Shown: positions 1-10,372, counted from the first letter of the stretch. The stretch: DNA of 64,000 nucleotides from Candidatus Hermodarchaeota archaeon (GCA_016839805.1 JAEOTO010000032.1:64001-128000), one strand, 5' to 3'. Translations and numbers: made by a program. The notes: generated by a model not told the origin, from the sequence alone.

Positions 1-296
1 CGAACTAGGTAATAAAAATCAGAGGGAAGCGATTGAAGAACCGGCTCTCCGGCTTCTTGCCACAAAGATTTCTGGAGATCAGGAACATTAATTCCTGTGT
101 CCTTTAGGTGAGCAGAGTTAGTGGAAATAAGTATATTAGCAATCCAACGAGGGACTGTTAATTCCCTGCCCTTTTCAACAGGACCGTAAGTAGAGTCTTG
201 GATTTCGAATGCTTCGAGGGATTTGTTAGCGATTACCGTAACTGGAACGTTTTCGAAGTGAAAACTAAGAGTGCTGTTCATGTTTTGATCAGACAT
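1..296 (-). CDS. gins23: GINS complex subunit Gins23 (Psf2/Psf3-like), 5' part only; runs off the window edge
   Basis: Not in ORF track. Manual translation from ATG at 296: MSDQNMNSTLSFHFENVPVTVIANKSLEAFEIQDSTYGPVEKGRELTVPRWIANIL...LQSLPSDFYYLV. N-terminal B-domain with GP..KG..L.VP.W.A and LP.DFY motifs; immediately downstream of cdc6. Confidence 0.8.
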   Translation of the reverse strand, partial: MSDQNMNSTLSFHFENVPVTVIANKSLEAFEIQDSTYGPVEKGRELTVPRWIANILISTNSAHLKDTGINVPDLQKSLWQEAGEPVLQSLPSDFYYLV

Positions 297-324
297 TTTT
301 ATTCCAATGCTTCCTGGATTTAAT

Positions 325-1530
325 TTAATCAATATTATCTCCTACGGATTTCCGACGTTGGAGAATTTCATTTACTCGTTCATCAAAAACTTCAACGGGA
401 ATATCCATAAGAGTCAAACGCGCCCGCCGACCGCGACGTCCTTCACCAATACCTTCTACGACCTTTCCAATTATCCCTAGTGTTACAAGGGCATCAATGG
501 TTTTTCTGAAAGTGGGTAAGGCTTGTTTTGTAACTCCAATTTCTTCACAGAATAACTGATAGTTGGAATAGACCTTAGCGATAGTCGTTGAGCTTGCTTT
601 ATCAACTTTAAGCGTTCGTGCAATTGCAGCTAGTACTAGTATCTCTTGGTCGCGGAGGCCGTAGAGAACATCCGAGCGAAGTTCTGAGTACACTTCCTGT
701 TTTGCTCTTCGAATTAAGTCTGGCGTAATAGGACGAACATTGAATCGATCAGCAGCTTTTCCGGCCCAGTATAACATTTCTATTCCATGACGAGCATTTT
801 GTGTCGATGCTGCAATATTTGCCACCATACTAAGAATATCATTAGTTATCACGTCTTTATGGAAAGCGAGGGTAGACCGGAATTTGAAGATCTTATACAG
901 TTCCTCTTGAGTATAGGAGGGCATGTCAATTCTATCGTGGAGCCGTCCTGAAAGGGGAAAACTGAGGGTGTTTTGCCAATCTACTACTCGACAAGCAATG
1001 AGTGTAGAGATATATGCTTGACCATGTTTAGCAACTTCACTGGCATGAATGAGGCTAAGTAAGTCTTGTCCAAGCAGATAGGCTTCATCGAGGCAGAGCA
1101 CCAATCGAATGTTTTCGCGTGAAAGTCGACGATTAATCATCGTAGTGATTTCTTCGTCTGAAAATCCACGACTTGTAACTTTGAACCGTTCTGTCAGTAA
1201 ATCACGCAGAATTGCGCTTTTTGTTCGAAACATAAAGCAGTCGTAGTATTCAAACTTGACTTTGATGTCACGTTTAGCAGCGGCTTTTTCCAGGCCACGT
1301 CCAAAATACCGGATGGAAACGGTTTTTCCTGTCCCTGGTTTTCCTACAACAGCTACATTAACAGCGTAAGCTGCATCCTTATTTAGTAATGGTTTGAAAT
1401 CGTGACTTAGACGAACAAGTTGGTCTTCACGATTAGGCAGCTCAGGAGGGATAAAAGCGGGATGAAGGGTTTCTTCATTTTTGAAGACTGACGCGCCTAA
1501 TAATGCCTTTTCAATGATATTCTCGCCCAC
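325..1530 (-). CDS. cdc6: Orc1/Cdc6 replication initiator (AAA+ ATPase with winged helix)
   Basis: P.ELPNRE, Walker A GKPGTGKT, Walker B LCLDEA, Y..EEL..I, NAR sensor, C-terminal wing GRRGR; GTG start after GAGGGTG. Confidence 0.95.
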   Translation of the reverse strand: MGENIIEKALLGASVFKNEETLHPAFIPPELPNREDQLVRLSHDFKPLLNKDAAYAVNVAVVGKPGTGKTVSIRYFGRGLEKAAAKRDIKVKFEYYDCFMFRTKSAILRDLLTERFKVTSRGFSDEEITTMINRRLSRENIRLVLCLDEAYLLGQDLLSLIHASEVAKHGQAYISTLIACRVVDWQNTLSFPLSGRLHDRIDMPSYTQEELYKIFKFRSTLAFHKDVITNDILSMVANIAASTQNARHGIEMLYWAGKAADRFNVRPITPDLIRRAKQEVYSELRSDVLYGLRDQEILVLAAIARTLKVDKASSTTIAKVYSNYQLFCEEIGVTKQALPTFRKTIDALVTLGIIGKVVEGIGEGRRGRRARLTLMDIPVEVFDERVNEILQRRKSVGDNID

Positions 1531-1658
1531 GTGCGCACCCTCGGATAAGTATATGTAAGAAGGCTAGCCGCTTCACTGCACGAACAGAAGTTGCTGCCCA
1601 TAAAAGGATTTTCCACACTACGATAAAAGTAACTAGCACTCAGCGAATATACGGCTTG

Positions 1659-1889
1659 CTACTTCTTTCGTTTGTCCTTCTCTTTCTTGCCAAGCCACCA
1701 GTCAAGATAATCACGGCGTCGCTGGGATTTTGCGCGTTCTTCATCCTCACGACGAAAGGTAGATCGCTGCTCGTCCCATAAACGATCGAGCTCTGCACGC
1801 GAGACTGCCAGGCCACACCGTTTACACACTTGACGATTGGTTTTATAATCGAATTTCATTGTCCCTGCGCATTCAGGGCAGCGTGCCAC
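1659..1889 (-). CDS. Small zinc-ribbon protein (CPEC...CKRCG) with charged helical tail
   Basis: Two CxxC pairs; GGTGA SD before GTG; co-oriented between glmS and cdc6. Confidence 0.75.
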   Translation of the reverse strand: MARCPECAGTMKFDYKTNRQVCKRCGLAVSRAELDRLWDEQRSTFRREDEERAKSQRRRDYLDWWLGKKEKDKRKK

Positions 1890-1950
1890 ATTTTTTCACC
1901 TATTGTGTATCCTGATGGGACTAACTAACCGAGTGCTTTAACTCTTTGTG

Positions 1951-3783
1951 TTAAAGTACTGTGACAGCTTTGGCGAGATTCCTTGGTTGATCAGGATTAT
2001 GACCCCGAAGGATTGCAGCATAGTATGCCAATAGTTGAAGGGGAACTACATAACAGATTGGAGAAAACAGAATAGAAGGGAGAGGAGGTAAAGAAATAGC
2101 GTGATCACTTAAGTTAATGAGTGTTGTGTCTTGAGCAGAGCAAATAGAGATGATTTGAGCACCGCGTGCTTTCATTTCCATGACATTTCCTTCTAAATGC
2201 CGACGGGTTTTGTCATTGGGGGCTACAAAAACTATTGGGAATCCTGGTTCCACCAGCGCGATGGGTCCATGTTTTGATTCCCCTGCGGGATAACCTTCTG
2301 CATGGACGTAAGCAATCTCTTTAATTTTCAAGGCGCCCTCCAAGGCAGTGGCAGTACTTATTCCCCGACCAAGAAAGAAGAAATTTGATCTCGTTATGTA
2401 TTCCTGACTGGCGTCTTTAATTGCATTCTCTTGATTTCGAATGATTATTTCTATGAGTTCCGGGAACTGGTTCAGAGCGGCAAGCAACTCATTTTTTTCT
2501 TTGATTGTTTGAGCACCTGTGAGCACGCCTAAATATGTTGAAAGAGAAGCGAGAGTAGCTAATTGTGTTGCAAAGGTTTTCGTAGCTGCAACACCAATTT
2601 CGGGTCCCGCCTGTGTATACACAACATGATCCGCCATTCTTGTGATTGAGCTGCCTACCGTGTTGGTTATGGCCAACACGGTACTTCCCTGTTTCTTGAG
2701 GTGTTTAACGGCGTGTAGTGTATCAACGGTTTCACCTGATTGGGTAACTGCTAACACCGCAGTATCTTCTCCAAGACTGGACGCCACCGTATCTGTTCCT
2801 TCTGAAGCAATAACGTCATGCACAAGGAAATTTGATATTTGTGAAAACATGTATTTGGCTGCTAATGTGGCATGATAGGATGTTCCCGCAGCGACTGTTA
2901 TTACTTTCTTATGGTTATGAAGAACATCAGCAAAATTTTCAAAATCTGATTTCTTCATTCTGAGTGTGTCACGTATTGCCGTGGGTTGTTCATGGATTTC
3001 TTTTAACATGAAGTGTGGATAGCCACCTTTTTGAGCCATATCGATAGTCCATTGAACTTCAGTTGGTATCCGTAATGGAAGGCGGGTTGGGGACCCATTT
3101 TCATCAAGTCGTGTAAGAAGTGCACCGTTAGCGGTTAGGTGGACTAATTCATTGTCCTCTAATACAATGGTTTTCCGGGTCATTGGTAAGAAAGCGGGAA
3201 CGTCGGAGGCACAATAAATTCCTCGTTGACCAAGACCAATTACTAAGGGACTTTCTTTCCGTGCACATACCAATTCATTGCCCTTGGCTTCTAGTACGAC
3301 TATTGCATAGCTTCCTTCTAATTTTGGAAGTACTCGTGCTACTGCATTTTCAAGGCGTGAAGTATGATTAAGGGCATCTTCGATGAGATGGGGTATTACT
3401 TCTGTGTCTGTCTGAGAGCGAAATTGGTGACCCCCCTCAAGGAGTATTTGGCGGAGTTCTTGGTAATTTTCAATGATGCCATTGTGCACCACCGCAATTC
3501 GATCATAACAATCAGTATGAGGATGAGCATTGAGTTTTGATGGAGGTCCATGTGTTGCCCAGCGTGTGTGGCCGATTCCTATACTCCCAGGGAGGGTATC
3601 GAAATTTATTTGTTGGTGGATTTCATCAATCTTACCTTTGTCCTTCTTTATGAAAATGACTCCATTGGCTGCTGTGGCAATACCACTGGAATCATAACCG
3701 CGATATTCTAATCGTTTCAAGGATTTTCGTAATAATGGCGCAACGTTTCCTTTCATGTGAATAGCGCCAATAATTCCACACAC
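1951..3783 (-). CDS. glmS: Glutamine--fructose-6-phosphate transaminase (isomerizing)
   Basis: MCGIIG, LEYRGYDS, GHTRWATHG, QSGET, KHGPIAL, PRNLAKAVT. Confidence 0.98.
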   Translation of the reverse strand: MCGIIGAIHMKGNVAPLLRKSLKRLEYRGYDSSGIATAANGVIFIKKDKGKIDEIHQQINFDTLPGSIGIGHTRWATHGPPSKLNAHPHTDCYDRIAVVHNGIIENYQELRQILLEGGHQFRSQTDTEVIPHLIEDALNHTSRLENAVARVLPKLEGSYAIVVLEAKGNELVCARKESPLVIGLGQRGIYCASDVPAFLPMTRKTIVLEDNELVHLTANGALLTRLDENGSPTRLPLRIPTEVQWTIDMAQKGGYPHFMLKEIHEQPTAIRDTLRMKKSDFENFADVLHNHKKVITVAAGTSYHATLAAKYMFSQISNFLVHDVIASEGTDTVASSLGEDTAVLAVTQSGETVDTLHAVKHLKKQGSTVLAITNTVGSSITRMADHVVYTQAGPEIGVAATKTFATQLATLASLSTYLGVLTGAQTIKEKNELLAALNQFPELIEIIIRNQENAIKDASQEYITRSNFFFLGRGISTATALEGALKIKEIAYVHAEGYPAGESKHGPIALVEPGFPIVFVAPNDKTRRHLEGNVMEMKARGAQIISICSAQDTTLINLSDHAISLPPLPSILFSPICYVVPLQLLAYYAAILRGHNPDQPRNLAKAVTVL

Positions 3784-3842
3784 GTTAGTTCGCCTCTATG
3801 AACCAATTCGCAATGATTGAAGAAGTTTCCCATTAGGGTCGC

Positions 3843-5438
3843 TCATAGAAGTTTTGTCATATAAGGACCATCGTAATTGTATCCATGACGTGTGTAATAT
3901 TGCCTGGCTCCAATACCACTCGTGCACACAATCCGATCACGCCCCGCGTTTCGGGTATATTCCTCTGCAGCCTCGAGGAGCAGTGTCCCAATGCCACGAT
4001 GTTGCCAAGCATTATCTTGTATTGTCCCCAGATCAACTGATAATCCATACACATGAAGCTCGCGGATTATTGCAGTGTTAAAGGATTTAATTTCCGCACG
4101 GTGGGCTGTGTCACTTGGTATTCGAAGGCGAAGATACCCCACTAATGCGTCTGAATCGGGGTTTTCATATGCAAGGAAGAATTCCGTCCCATTAGAAGCA
4201 GGATATTGATCAACCAGAAAGTCTAATGATTTGATATCGGGAACCTCGGGTGTTGGATAACCACGAGATCTTTGTTTATATCCCACCTCTCGAAAACGAA
4301 TTGTTTGTAGTTGATTACCCTTTTCTTCGGCACGTTGGAAGACCAACTGTGTCAGGTTACCTAGATTTGGTCCTGCAACTATTAGCCGTTTAGGGATGTC
4401 ACGTTGCATCCGTTGAATTCGAACCCACCGAGGAAGGGAAGGTAGTATCTCAGCAAGAAGATCGATAATCTCCTCATTAGTGTAGGGAGTGTACTCTCCT
4501 CTTCGCCAGATATCAAATAGAGTACTTCCCCGAACTACTAGGCATGGATATATTTTCAACAAGTCAGGTTGAAACTCTTCACGTTTGAACAACTCACGGA
4601 AGACCTGCTGATCTTGTGAGGGGGTACTGCCTGGTAATCCTGGCATTATATGGTAGCAAACCTTAAGACCAGCATCTTTGGCATTCCGTGTTGCCTTGAT
4701 GACGTCGGAAACAGTGTGGCCACGACAAATTTCTGTGTAGATTTCATCATAGATAGTTTGAACGCCTAATTCGACTCTAGTTGTTCCAAGATCTAACATT
4801 TTGTCAACATGGTCAGGTGTACAATAATCGGGTCGAGTTTCAATTGTTATACCGACGGGACGAATGGCACTTCTTTCTGCCGATTTTATAGCCTCAGCCA
4901 GATTTTTCGCATTCATTCCATTCATGGCATCTAAACAGCGTTTAATGAAATTCTGTTGATATTTGTTAGATGCTGCCAGAAACGTACCACCCATTATGAT
5001 AAGCTCAACTTTTTCTATACTATGTCCCATTGCTTGGAGCTGGTCCAACCGGCTCTCTACTTGAAGATACGGATCATATTGGTTTTGTCTTGCGCGAAGA
5101 GTCGCAGGTTCCTCTCCAACATAAGCTTTAGGAGCCGTGGGGATGTTAGTGGGACAGTAAATGCATTGACCTGGACATTCCATTGGCTCAGCCATTACAG
5201 CAACAACTGCCACACCTGATAAGGTGCGAGTTGGTTTCTTTCGTAAAATAGTACTGACTTTTTCTTTCTCGTCTTTGGTTGCGTAACTAAGAATTTCTAC
5301 ATCAGACGGGAACCGGGAGAGTTTATACTGACGACACAATTTTCGTTTCAGACGCTGAAGATCGTTCTTATTACTCACTTTCCCCTCTAATGCAGCTTGA
5401 AGAATTGCTTCTGCAACACGTTCCAACTCAGCGTCCAC
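3843..5438 (-). CDS. elp3: Elp3 tRNA uridine(34) acetyltransferase (radical SAM + GNAT)
   Basis: RTLSGVAVVAVM, CPGQCIYCP, ETRPD, ELGVQ, RELHVYG, WQHRGIG. Confidence 0.97.
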   Translation of the reverse strand: MDAELERVAEAILQAALEGKVSNKNDLQRLKRKLCRQYKLSRFPSDVEILSYATKDEKEKVSTILRKKPTRTLSGVAVVAVMAEPMECPGQCIYCPTNIPTAPKAYVGEEPATLRARQNQYDPYLQVESRLDQLQAMGHSIEKVELIIMGGTFLAASNKYQQNFIKRCLDAMNGMNAKNLAEAIKSAERSAIRPVGITIETRPDYCTPDHVDKMLDLGTTRVELGVQTIYDEIYTEICRGHTVSDVIKATRNAKDAGLKVCYHIMPGLPGSTPSQDQQVFRELFKREEFQPDLLKIYPCLVVRGSTLFDIWRRGEYTPYTNEEIIDLLAEILPSLPRWVRIQRMQRDIPKRLIVAGPNLGNLTQLVFQRAEEKGNQLQTIRFREVGYKQRSRGYPTPEVPDIKSLDFLVDQYPASNGTEFFLAYENPDSDALVGYLRLRIPSDTAHRAEIKSFNTAIIRELHVYGLSVDLGTIQDNAWQHRGIGTLLLEAAEEYTRNAGRDRIVCTSGIGARQYYTRHGYNYDGPYMTKLL

Positions 5439-5507
5439 CTACTAATTGCACCTAAATAATCGTTAACCCTAGAAGAGATCCCTAATCTCAACTAAGGAAA
5501 ACCAATC

Positions 5508-5675
5508 CTACCTTCGAGCAGCTTTGGGTTGTCCAGCAGGAGTACCTCTTAGGATACGTTTCGCATAATTTCGACGATTGCGTAGCCGAGGAATCGGAGT
5601 AACACGAACCTTGCCCTTTACTTTGGGCGTCTGACTCCGAACCTTACCAGCTTTTTTACTCGACTAAAAGGACAT
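5508..5675 (-). CDS. rps30e: 30S ribosomal protein eS30 (S30e); in-frame TAG at codon 4, start uncertain
   Basis: Not in ORF track. Reads ATG TCC TTT TAG TCG AGT AAA AAA GCT GGT..., i.e. MSF*SSKKAGKVRSQTPKVKGKVRVTPIPRLRNRRNYAKRILRGTPAGQPKAARR*. KAGKVRSQTPK...PR.RNRRNY.KR is the eS30 signature. Confidence 0.85.
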
Positions 5676-5856
5676 CTTCTAGCCCGTAAGCGAGCCGTGA
5701 GATCCGGGCATTTTGTTTCACTGCTTCGGTGTTTGCATTGTAAGCTTTAAGGATTTCCATTTGATGTGAAGATCTGAATGGTGTTGAAGGTCTTAGTTTA
5801 GGAATCTTTTTACATCCTCTTGAACTGGTAGGCAATACCCACATAGGTGTCATTAC

Positions 5857-7101
5857 ATGGATGGATTTCTTGTATTCAGTATTACAAGTCTTTATTGTTT
5901 AGACGAGCGATTCACAATTCTAGCAGAGAAGAAGTTAGGCAAAACACCTCAGGAAGTTGGAATAAATATTGATCGGCTTCGAAAGGGTGAGAAAGATCCA
6001 GCTACTGCCGTATTTATTCAAGAGTTAAAAACAAAAGGTGTAGAGCGATTTTTTGTTGAATCACAAACTTTGGCTGATATATTTACAATGCTTTATGATG
6101 CTAAGACTATCCAATACGAAGATATTGATCTGTGGCGTAGAGCACGGCGTGAGTTCAGTGGTTCAAACCTGACTACAGAGAAGCTAAATACTCTGCACCA
6201 GGTTGCGATCGAACTAGCACGCCAAGCCATTCGTGAAGCATCAGAGCAAGGTGATCAGTTAGTTATCCAAGCGATGAGTTCCCTTGATGATGTTGAGAAA
6301 GTACAAAACTTGATGGTGTCGAGATTAAGAGAATGGTATGGTTTACATTTTCCAGAAGCAGCTCATGCCATTGAAGATGCTCAAATTCTAGCGAAAATTG
6401 TGACAGAAGGAGGACGACGCGACAACATAGAAAAAAACCCTGAAATATTTCAACTACTTTCCGAAACGCCCGTAAACCCTGATTTGTTAGGTAAATCAAT
6501 GGGTGCTGATATTCCTCAACATGATATGGAAATGATTCAAGCCTTATCGCGCCAACTCCTCGATCTTCAAAAACTCAGAAAACAATTGGAAACATATCTT
6601 GATGAGATGTTACAGGGAATCGCTCCCAATCTCCGAGGATTGATTGGACCAGTGATAGGAGCGAGATTCATCACTTTAGCAGGAGGGCTCGAAAAGTTAG
6701 CACGACTTCCTGCAAGTACTATTCAGGTTTTAGGTGCAGAACAGGCACTATTTCGGGCAATAAAAACTGGAGCTCGACCCCCTAAACATGGCATCATTTT
6801 CCAGCATACATTAGTACACTCAGCACCCTGGTGGCAGCGAGGAAAAATCGCGAGGATTTTGGCAGGGAAAATTGCCATTGCCGCTCGTGTCGATTTATAT
6901 TCAGGAGAGTATGTTGCCGATGAATTAAAGCAAACTGTACTCCAACGCATAGCTGAAGTAAAAAGGAAATATCCCATAGCACCCAAAAGACCGCCCTCAG
7001 TAAAACCAATTAAAAGCCCGCCACGTCGGAAAAAATCCCATAAGAGAGCTAAATCACCTTCACATAAGAAATCTCGATCAAAAATGAAGAGGCGGAAATA
7101 A
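5857..7101 (+). CDS. nop5: Box C/D RNP protein Nop5 (Nop56/58)
   Basis: RLREWYGLHFPE, APNL, PASTIQVLGAE.ALF, PPKHGIIF, RGKIAR; basic C-terminal tail. Confidence 0.97.
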   Translation: MDGFLVFSITSLYCLDERFTILAEKKLGKTPQEVGINIDRLRKGEKDPATAVFIQELKTKGVERFFVESQTLADIFTMLYDAKTIQYEDIDLWRRARREFSGSNLTTEKLNTLHQVAIELARQAIREASEQGDQLVIQAMSSLDDVEKVQNLMVSRLREWYGLHFPEAAHAIEDAQILAKIVTEGGRRDNIEKNPEIFQLLSETPVNPDLLGKSMGADIPQHDMEMIQALSRQLLDLQKLRKQLETYLDEMLQGIAPNLRGLIGPVIGARFITLAGGLEKLARLPASTIQVLGAEQALFRAIKTGARPPKHGIIFQHTLVHSAPWWQRGKIARILAGKIAIAARVDLYSGEYVADELKQTVLQRIAEVKRKYPIAPKRPPSVKPIKSPPRRKKSHKRAKSPSHKKSRSKMKRRK

Positions 7102-7796
7102 TGGTTAAAGTTAGGGAAGACAAGAAAAAAGCCAATCTGTATTGGTTAGAAATCGATGAAATGACTCAGCGTCCAGCAACAAGAAATCTAGTGAAGGGCA
7201 ATAAAGTCTATGGGGAAATGTTAGTTCAGGATAAAAATCAAGAGTTCCGATTTTGGGACCCGTATCGTAGTAAATTAGCTGCAGCCTTTCTTCGTGGACT
7301 AGAAGCTTATGCTTTTAATTCAGGCACTTCTGTACTTTATTTAGGTGCCTCATCAGGTACCACAGCCAGCCACATTTCTGATCTCGTTGGACTTGGTGGA
7401 GTTGTTTATTGTGTTGAATTTGCTCCCCGCGTAATGCGTGATTTGATTCAGGTCTGTTCAATACGTAATAATATGATACCATTCCTCGCGGATGCAAGAC
7501 ACCCCGAATCTTACAATCATATCCCTCAACTTGTAGATGTTCTTTACCAAGATGTTGCCCAACCGAACCAAGCAAAAATACTTGTTGAGAACGCTAAGCG
7601 TTTTCTCAAGCCAGGTGGAACTGCGTATTTAGCCATAAAAGCTCGAAGCATAGATGTTACGGCAAAACCAACACGGATATTTCAGCGTGAAGAAAAAACT
7701 TTGACTCAATCGGGATTTACAATTGTGGAGCGTTTATCCCTAAATCCTTTTACTGCAGACCATGTATTCCTAAGTGCTGTATATGGTGCAAGTTAA
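7101..7796 (+). CDS. flpA: Fibrillarin-like rRNA/tRNA 2'-O-methyltransferase
   Basis: VYGE, WDPYRSKLAA, VLYLGASSGTT.SH, DVAQP.Q; coupled to nop5. Confidence 0.98.
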   Translation: MVKVREDKKKANLYWLEIDEMTQRPATRNLVKGNKVYGEMLVQDKNQEFRFWDPYRSKLAAAFLRGLEAYAFNSGTSVLYLGASSGTTASHISDLVGLGGVVYCVEFAPRVMRDLIQVCSIRNNMIPFLADARHPESYNHIPQLVDVLYQDVAQPNQAKILVENAKRFLKPGGTAYLAIKARSIDVTAKPTRIFQREEKTLTQSGFTIVERLSLNPFTADHVFLSAVYGAS

Positions 7797-7798
7797 AC

Positions 7799-8233
7799 AT
7801 GAAGAAGTATTCTGGGTTTTTATCACGGCTTGAGCGTGAAATTGCCCAATTAAACGATCATATGCCCCAAACCAAGAAACCTCTTTCTCAACTTCTTAGC
7901 GAAGCTTCACCGGCATTCATTACACGAGATGGTAAACGGAGTGCAGTCAGACGAGAAGAATTAGAAAAGCTCGCTGAACTCATTCCCTCTGAACTGCATG
8001 ATCAAATTATGCTTCCTTTCACAATTTTGCGCAGAACATCGTTAGGACCAGGGGCCCATACAATCGGAGGATCAAAACTCGAGCAATTTACAATTCTTCG
8101 CATCTTAGAGAAAATAAAAACACCATATAAGATGTGGCGACAGGCAGAACTTCCCCGAATTATTTATTCACCCGAAGTGACTTTGTTAAGACAGAAATTG
8201 CAAACAACATTGACAATAGGATTTGGCACGTAG
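7799..8233 (+). CDS. DUF61 family protein
   Basis: LN.HMP..KK.L..LL.E..P....RDG pattern; usual position after fibrillarin. Confidence 0.8.
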   Translation: MKKYSGFLSRLEREIAQLNDHMPQTKKPLSQLLSEASPAFITRDGKRSAVRREELEKLAELIPSELHDQIMLPFTILRRTSLGPGAHTIGGSKLEQFTILRILEKIKTPYKMWRQAELPRIIYSPEVTLLRQKLQTTLTIGFGT

Positions 8234-9194
8234 TATGCAAACGAAACAGCAATACTTAGACGATGTTCATGATGTTATAGATTCCGCGACCAGAGTGCAC
8301 GCTACTAGCTTTGACCAAGAGTATTGCTTTGATAGTATCGTTGATGAAGGATCTGTACGGATTGCCATTAAGGTCAGCATGACCATTGATAATGTGGAAA
8401 CGACCATCCGAGATGAGTTAAAAAGGATTTGTTCATTTTTACGATGTACTCCCTTAATAGTAGGAGAAAAGACCCGAAAACGGCTCCTGCATGATGGGGT
8501 AGTCCATACCCGTGGTTCAATTCCAGCAATAACTCTTGAAACACTACGTCAACTATTAGAGGAGAAGAAACTGCCCTTCATTATTGCAAAAAAAGGCGGT
8601 ATCTACGCGATAGTGAACGGAGATAGATTAAAGGAGATTCGCGAAGCCCAGAACTATTCTCGAGGAAGTATTGCTGAAGAACTGGGACTATCACGGAGAG
8701 CCGTCTACGAATATGAGCGAGGTACCATGAATCCTACAATTGATGTAGCCTTACGCCTTGAGAAGTTACTTGGCACACAATTTATTCAGCCCTTTAATTT
8801 ATTAGAGGTGGATACAGTCAAAGAAGTTCCTAATTTCATTAGCCAGTACACTGGTAAAGAAACCAAACTAGCAAAAAGAGCCCTTGAAGTTTTATCTCGT
8901 CTAGGGTTGCAATCGACCATTACACATGACAGCCCTTTTGACATATTAACATCTCTTCGTCAACGTGTCTTGCTAAGTTATCTAAAACAACGTCCTGAAC
9001 AGCTTAATGAAGACCGGCTCTCATTTCTTGCGAAATTATCTGAGGTCTTGAATGAAGAACCGACAATTATTACCTCTGATCATCCATCTGTCGAATCAAT
9101 AAATGGTATTCCTGTTGTCTATCTAAAGGAACTATTAGCAATGGAAAAGCCCAAAGAATTTATCGCGCTAATTCGTAGCCGTCGAGGAGCTTGA
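8223..9194 (+). CDS. Archaeal XRE-type HTH transcriptional regulator (COG1395-like)
   Basis: P.IVGEK, L.DGVV..R, GG.YA..NG..LKE.RE, HTH SRG.IAEELGLSRRAVYEYERG, SPFD. Confidence 0.85.
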   Translation: MARSMQTKQQYLDDVHDVIDSATRVHATSFDQEYCFDSIVDEGSVRIAIKVSMTIDNVETTIRDELKRICSFLRCTPLIVGEKTRKRLLHDGVVHTRGSIPAITLETLRQLLEEKKLPFIIAKKGGIYAIVNGDRLKEIREAQNYSRGSIAEELGLSRRAVYEYERGTMNPTIDVALRLEKLLGTQFIQPFNLLEVDTVKEVPNFISQYTGKETKLAKRALEVLSRLGLQSTITHDSPFDILTSLRQRVLLSYLKQRPEQLNEDRLSFLAKLSEVLNEEPTIITSDHPSVESINGIPVVYLKELLAMEKPKEFIALIRSRRGA

Positions 9195-9195
9195 T

Positions 9196-10368
9196 GTGTA
9201 CGAAAAACATCAAGAAGGAAAAGTAACATTTCTTCGCCCACCATTACAAAAAGTTCCATCAACAAGTATGCCTGTGTTTTACAATCCGGAATCAGAATTA
9301 AACCGTGATCTAACTATACTCGCCCTGCAGGTATTTCTTAGTCAACACAAAAAAACAGATGTTAGGGTCTGTACGCCACTTGCAGGAACAGGAGTCCGTG
9401 CGATTCGCATAGCAAAGGAAGTTCCTGAGATCCAACAAGTTGTAGCAGGGGATGCGAATCCCATAGCGGTTGAACTTATCGACAAAAATCGTGTTCTGAA
9501 TGACGTATCTGATCTCGTAGAGGTACATCACAGTGGGGCCAACCAATTACTCACGCAACATACTTCATCTCAAAAACGCTTTGACGTTATAGATATTGAC
9601 CCTTTTGGGACTCCGCGCGATTTTTTTCATTCAGCAATAAGCTCCTTAAAACCTCATGCAATATTATGCCTCACCGCAACTGATATGCCAGTATTAGTGG
9701 GGATTCGCCGTCGTACTTGTATTAAACGATATGCAGCTGTCCCAATGAAAACTGAATACGCCCATGAACTTGCCCTACGCATTTTATTGGGTTGCATTGT
9801 TCGAGAAGCTGCAGCTCGGAACATAGGATTAACACCACTACTTTCTTTTTCAATTGACCATTATGTCCGTTTATACTGTGAAACAATGGAAGGAGATGAA
9901 AACGCATGGACTTCATTGTCCAAGTTGGGATTCATAGTCCACTGTGAGGAATGTGGATTTAGATCGATTAAACAAGGTCTAATACCATTTCATTCCCATT
10001 GCCCAAATTGTGAAAAACGCGTTAAGAAACAAGCAGGGCCATTATGGATTGATCAAATTGCTAGTAGGGGTTTCATTGAGAATCTAATCAAACAGATTCC
10101 CAATCATTCATTCGGCACAAAACGCCGAATATCATCGCTTTTAGACACTCTCCTTGGTGAGGTTGAAGGCCCTCCGACTTACTTCAATCTCCATCAATTG
10201 GCTGATAAATTAGATATCCCTGTTCCACCATTCCGTCTGGTTATTGATGAGCTTCATAAAAATGGTGAGTTCGCAAGCCGAACCCATTTTTCTCCACATG
10301 CCATTCGAACTACCACAGATGAAAAACAACTTTGTCAGATTCTGTTAAAACTCATTGAAGAAGTGTGA
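9196..10368 (+). CDS. trm1: tRNA (guanine-26-N2)-dimethyltransferase Trm1
   Basis: PVFYNP...NRD, AGTGVRAIR, DVIDIDPFGTP, LTATD, Zn finger, GPLW, SRTHF. Confidence 0.96.
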   Translation: MYEKHQEGKVTFLRPPLQKVPSTSMPVFYNPESELNRDLTILALQVFLSQHKKTDVRVCTPLAGTGVRAIRIAKEVPEIQQVVAGDANPIAVELIDKNRVLNDVSDLVEVHHSGANQLLTQHTSSQKRFDVIDIDPFGTPRDFFHSAISSLKPHAILCLTATDMPVLVGIRRRTCIKRYAAVPMKTEYAHELALRILLGCIVREAAARNIGLTPLLSFSIDHYVRLYCETMEGDENAWTSLSKLGFIVHCEECGFRSIKQGLIPFHSHCPNCEKRVKKQAGPLWIDQIASRGFIENLIKQIPNHSFGTKRRISSLLDTLLGEVEGPPTYFNLHQLADKLDIPVPPFRLVIDELHKNGEFASRTHFSPHAIRTTTDEKQLCQILLKLIEEV

Positions 10369-10372
10369 AGAA

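Noticed and set aside
1531-1658. Replication origin (ORB repeats) upstream of cdc6
   Set aside because: Only 128 bp, with no repeated TTCCA..GGAAA/G-string elements or AT-rich unwinding element.
5656-5853. 65-aa ORF as an N-terminal (e.g. ubiquitin-like) fusion partner of eS30 via frameshift
   Set aside because: No recognisable fold or Gly-Gly motif; it spans the divergent promoter region and looks like a chance ORF.
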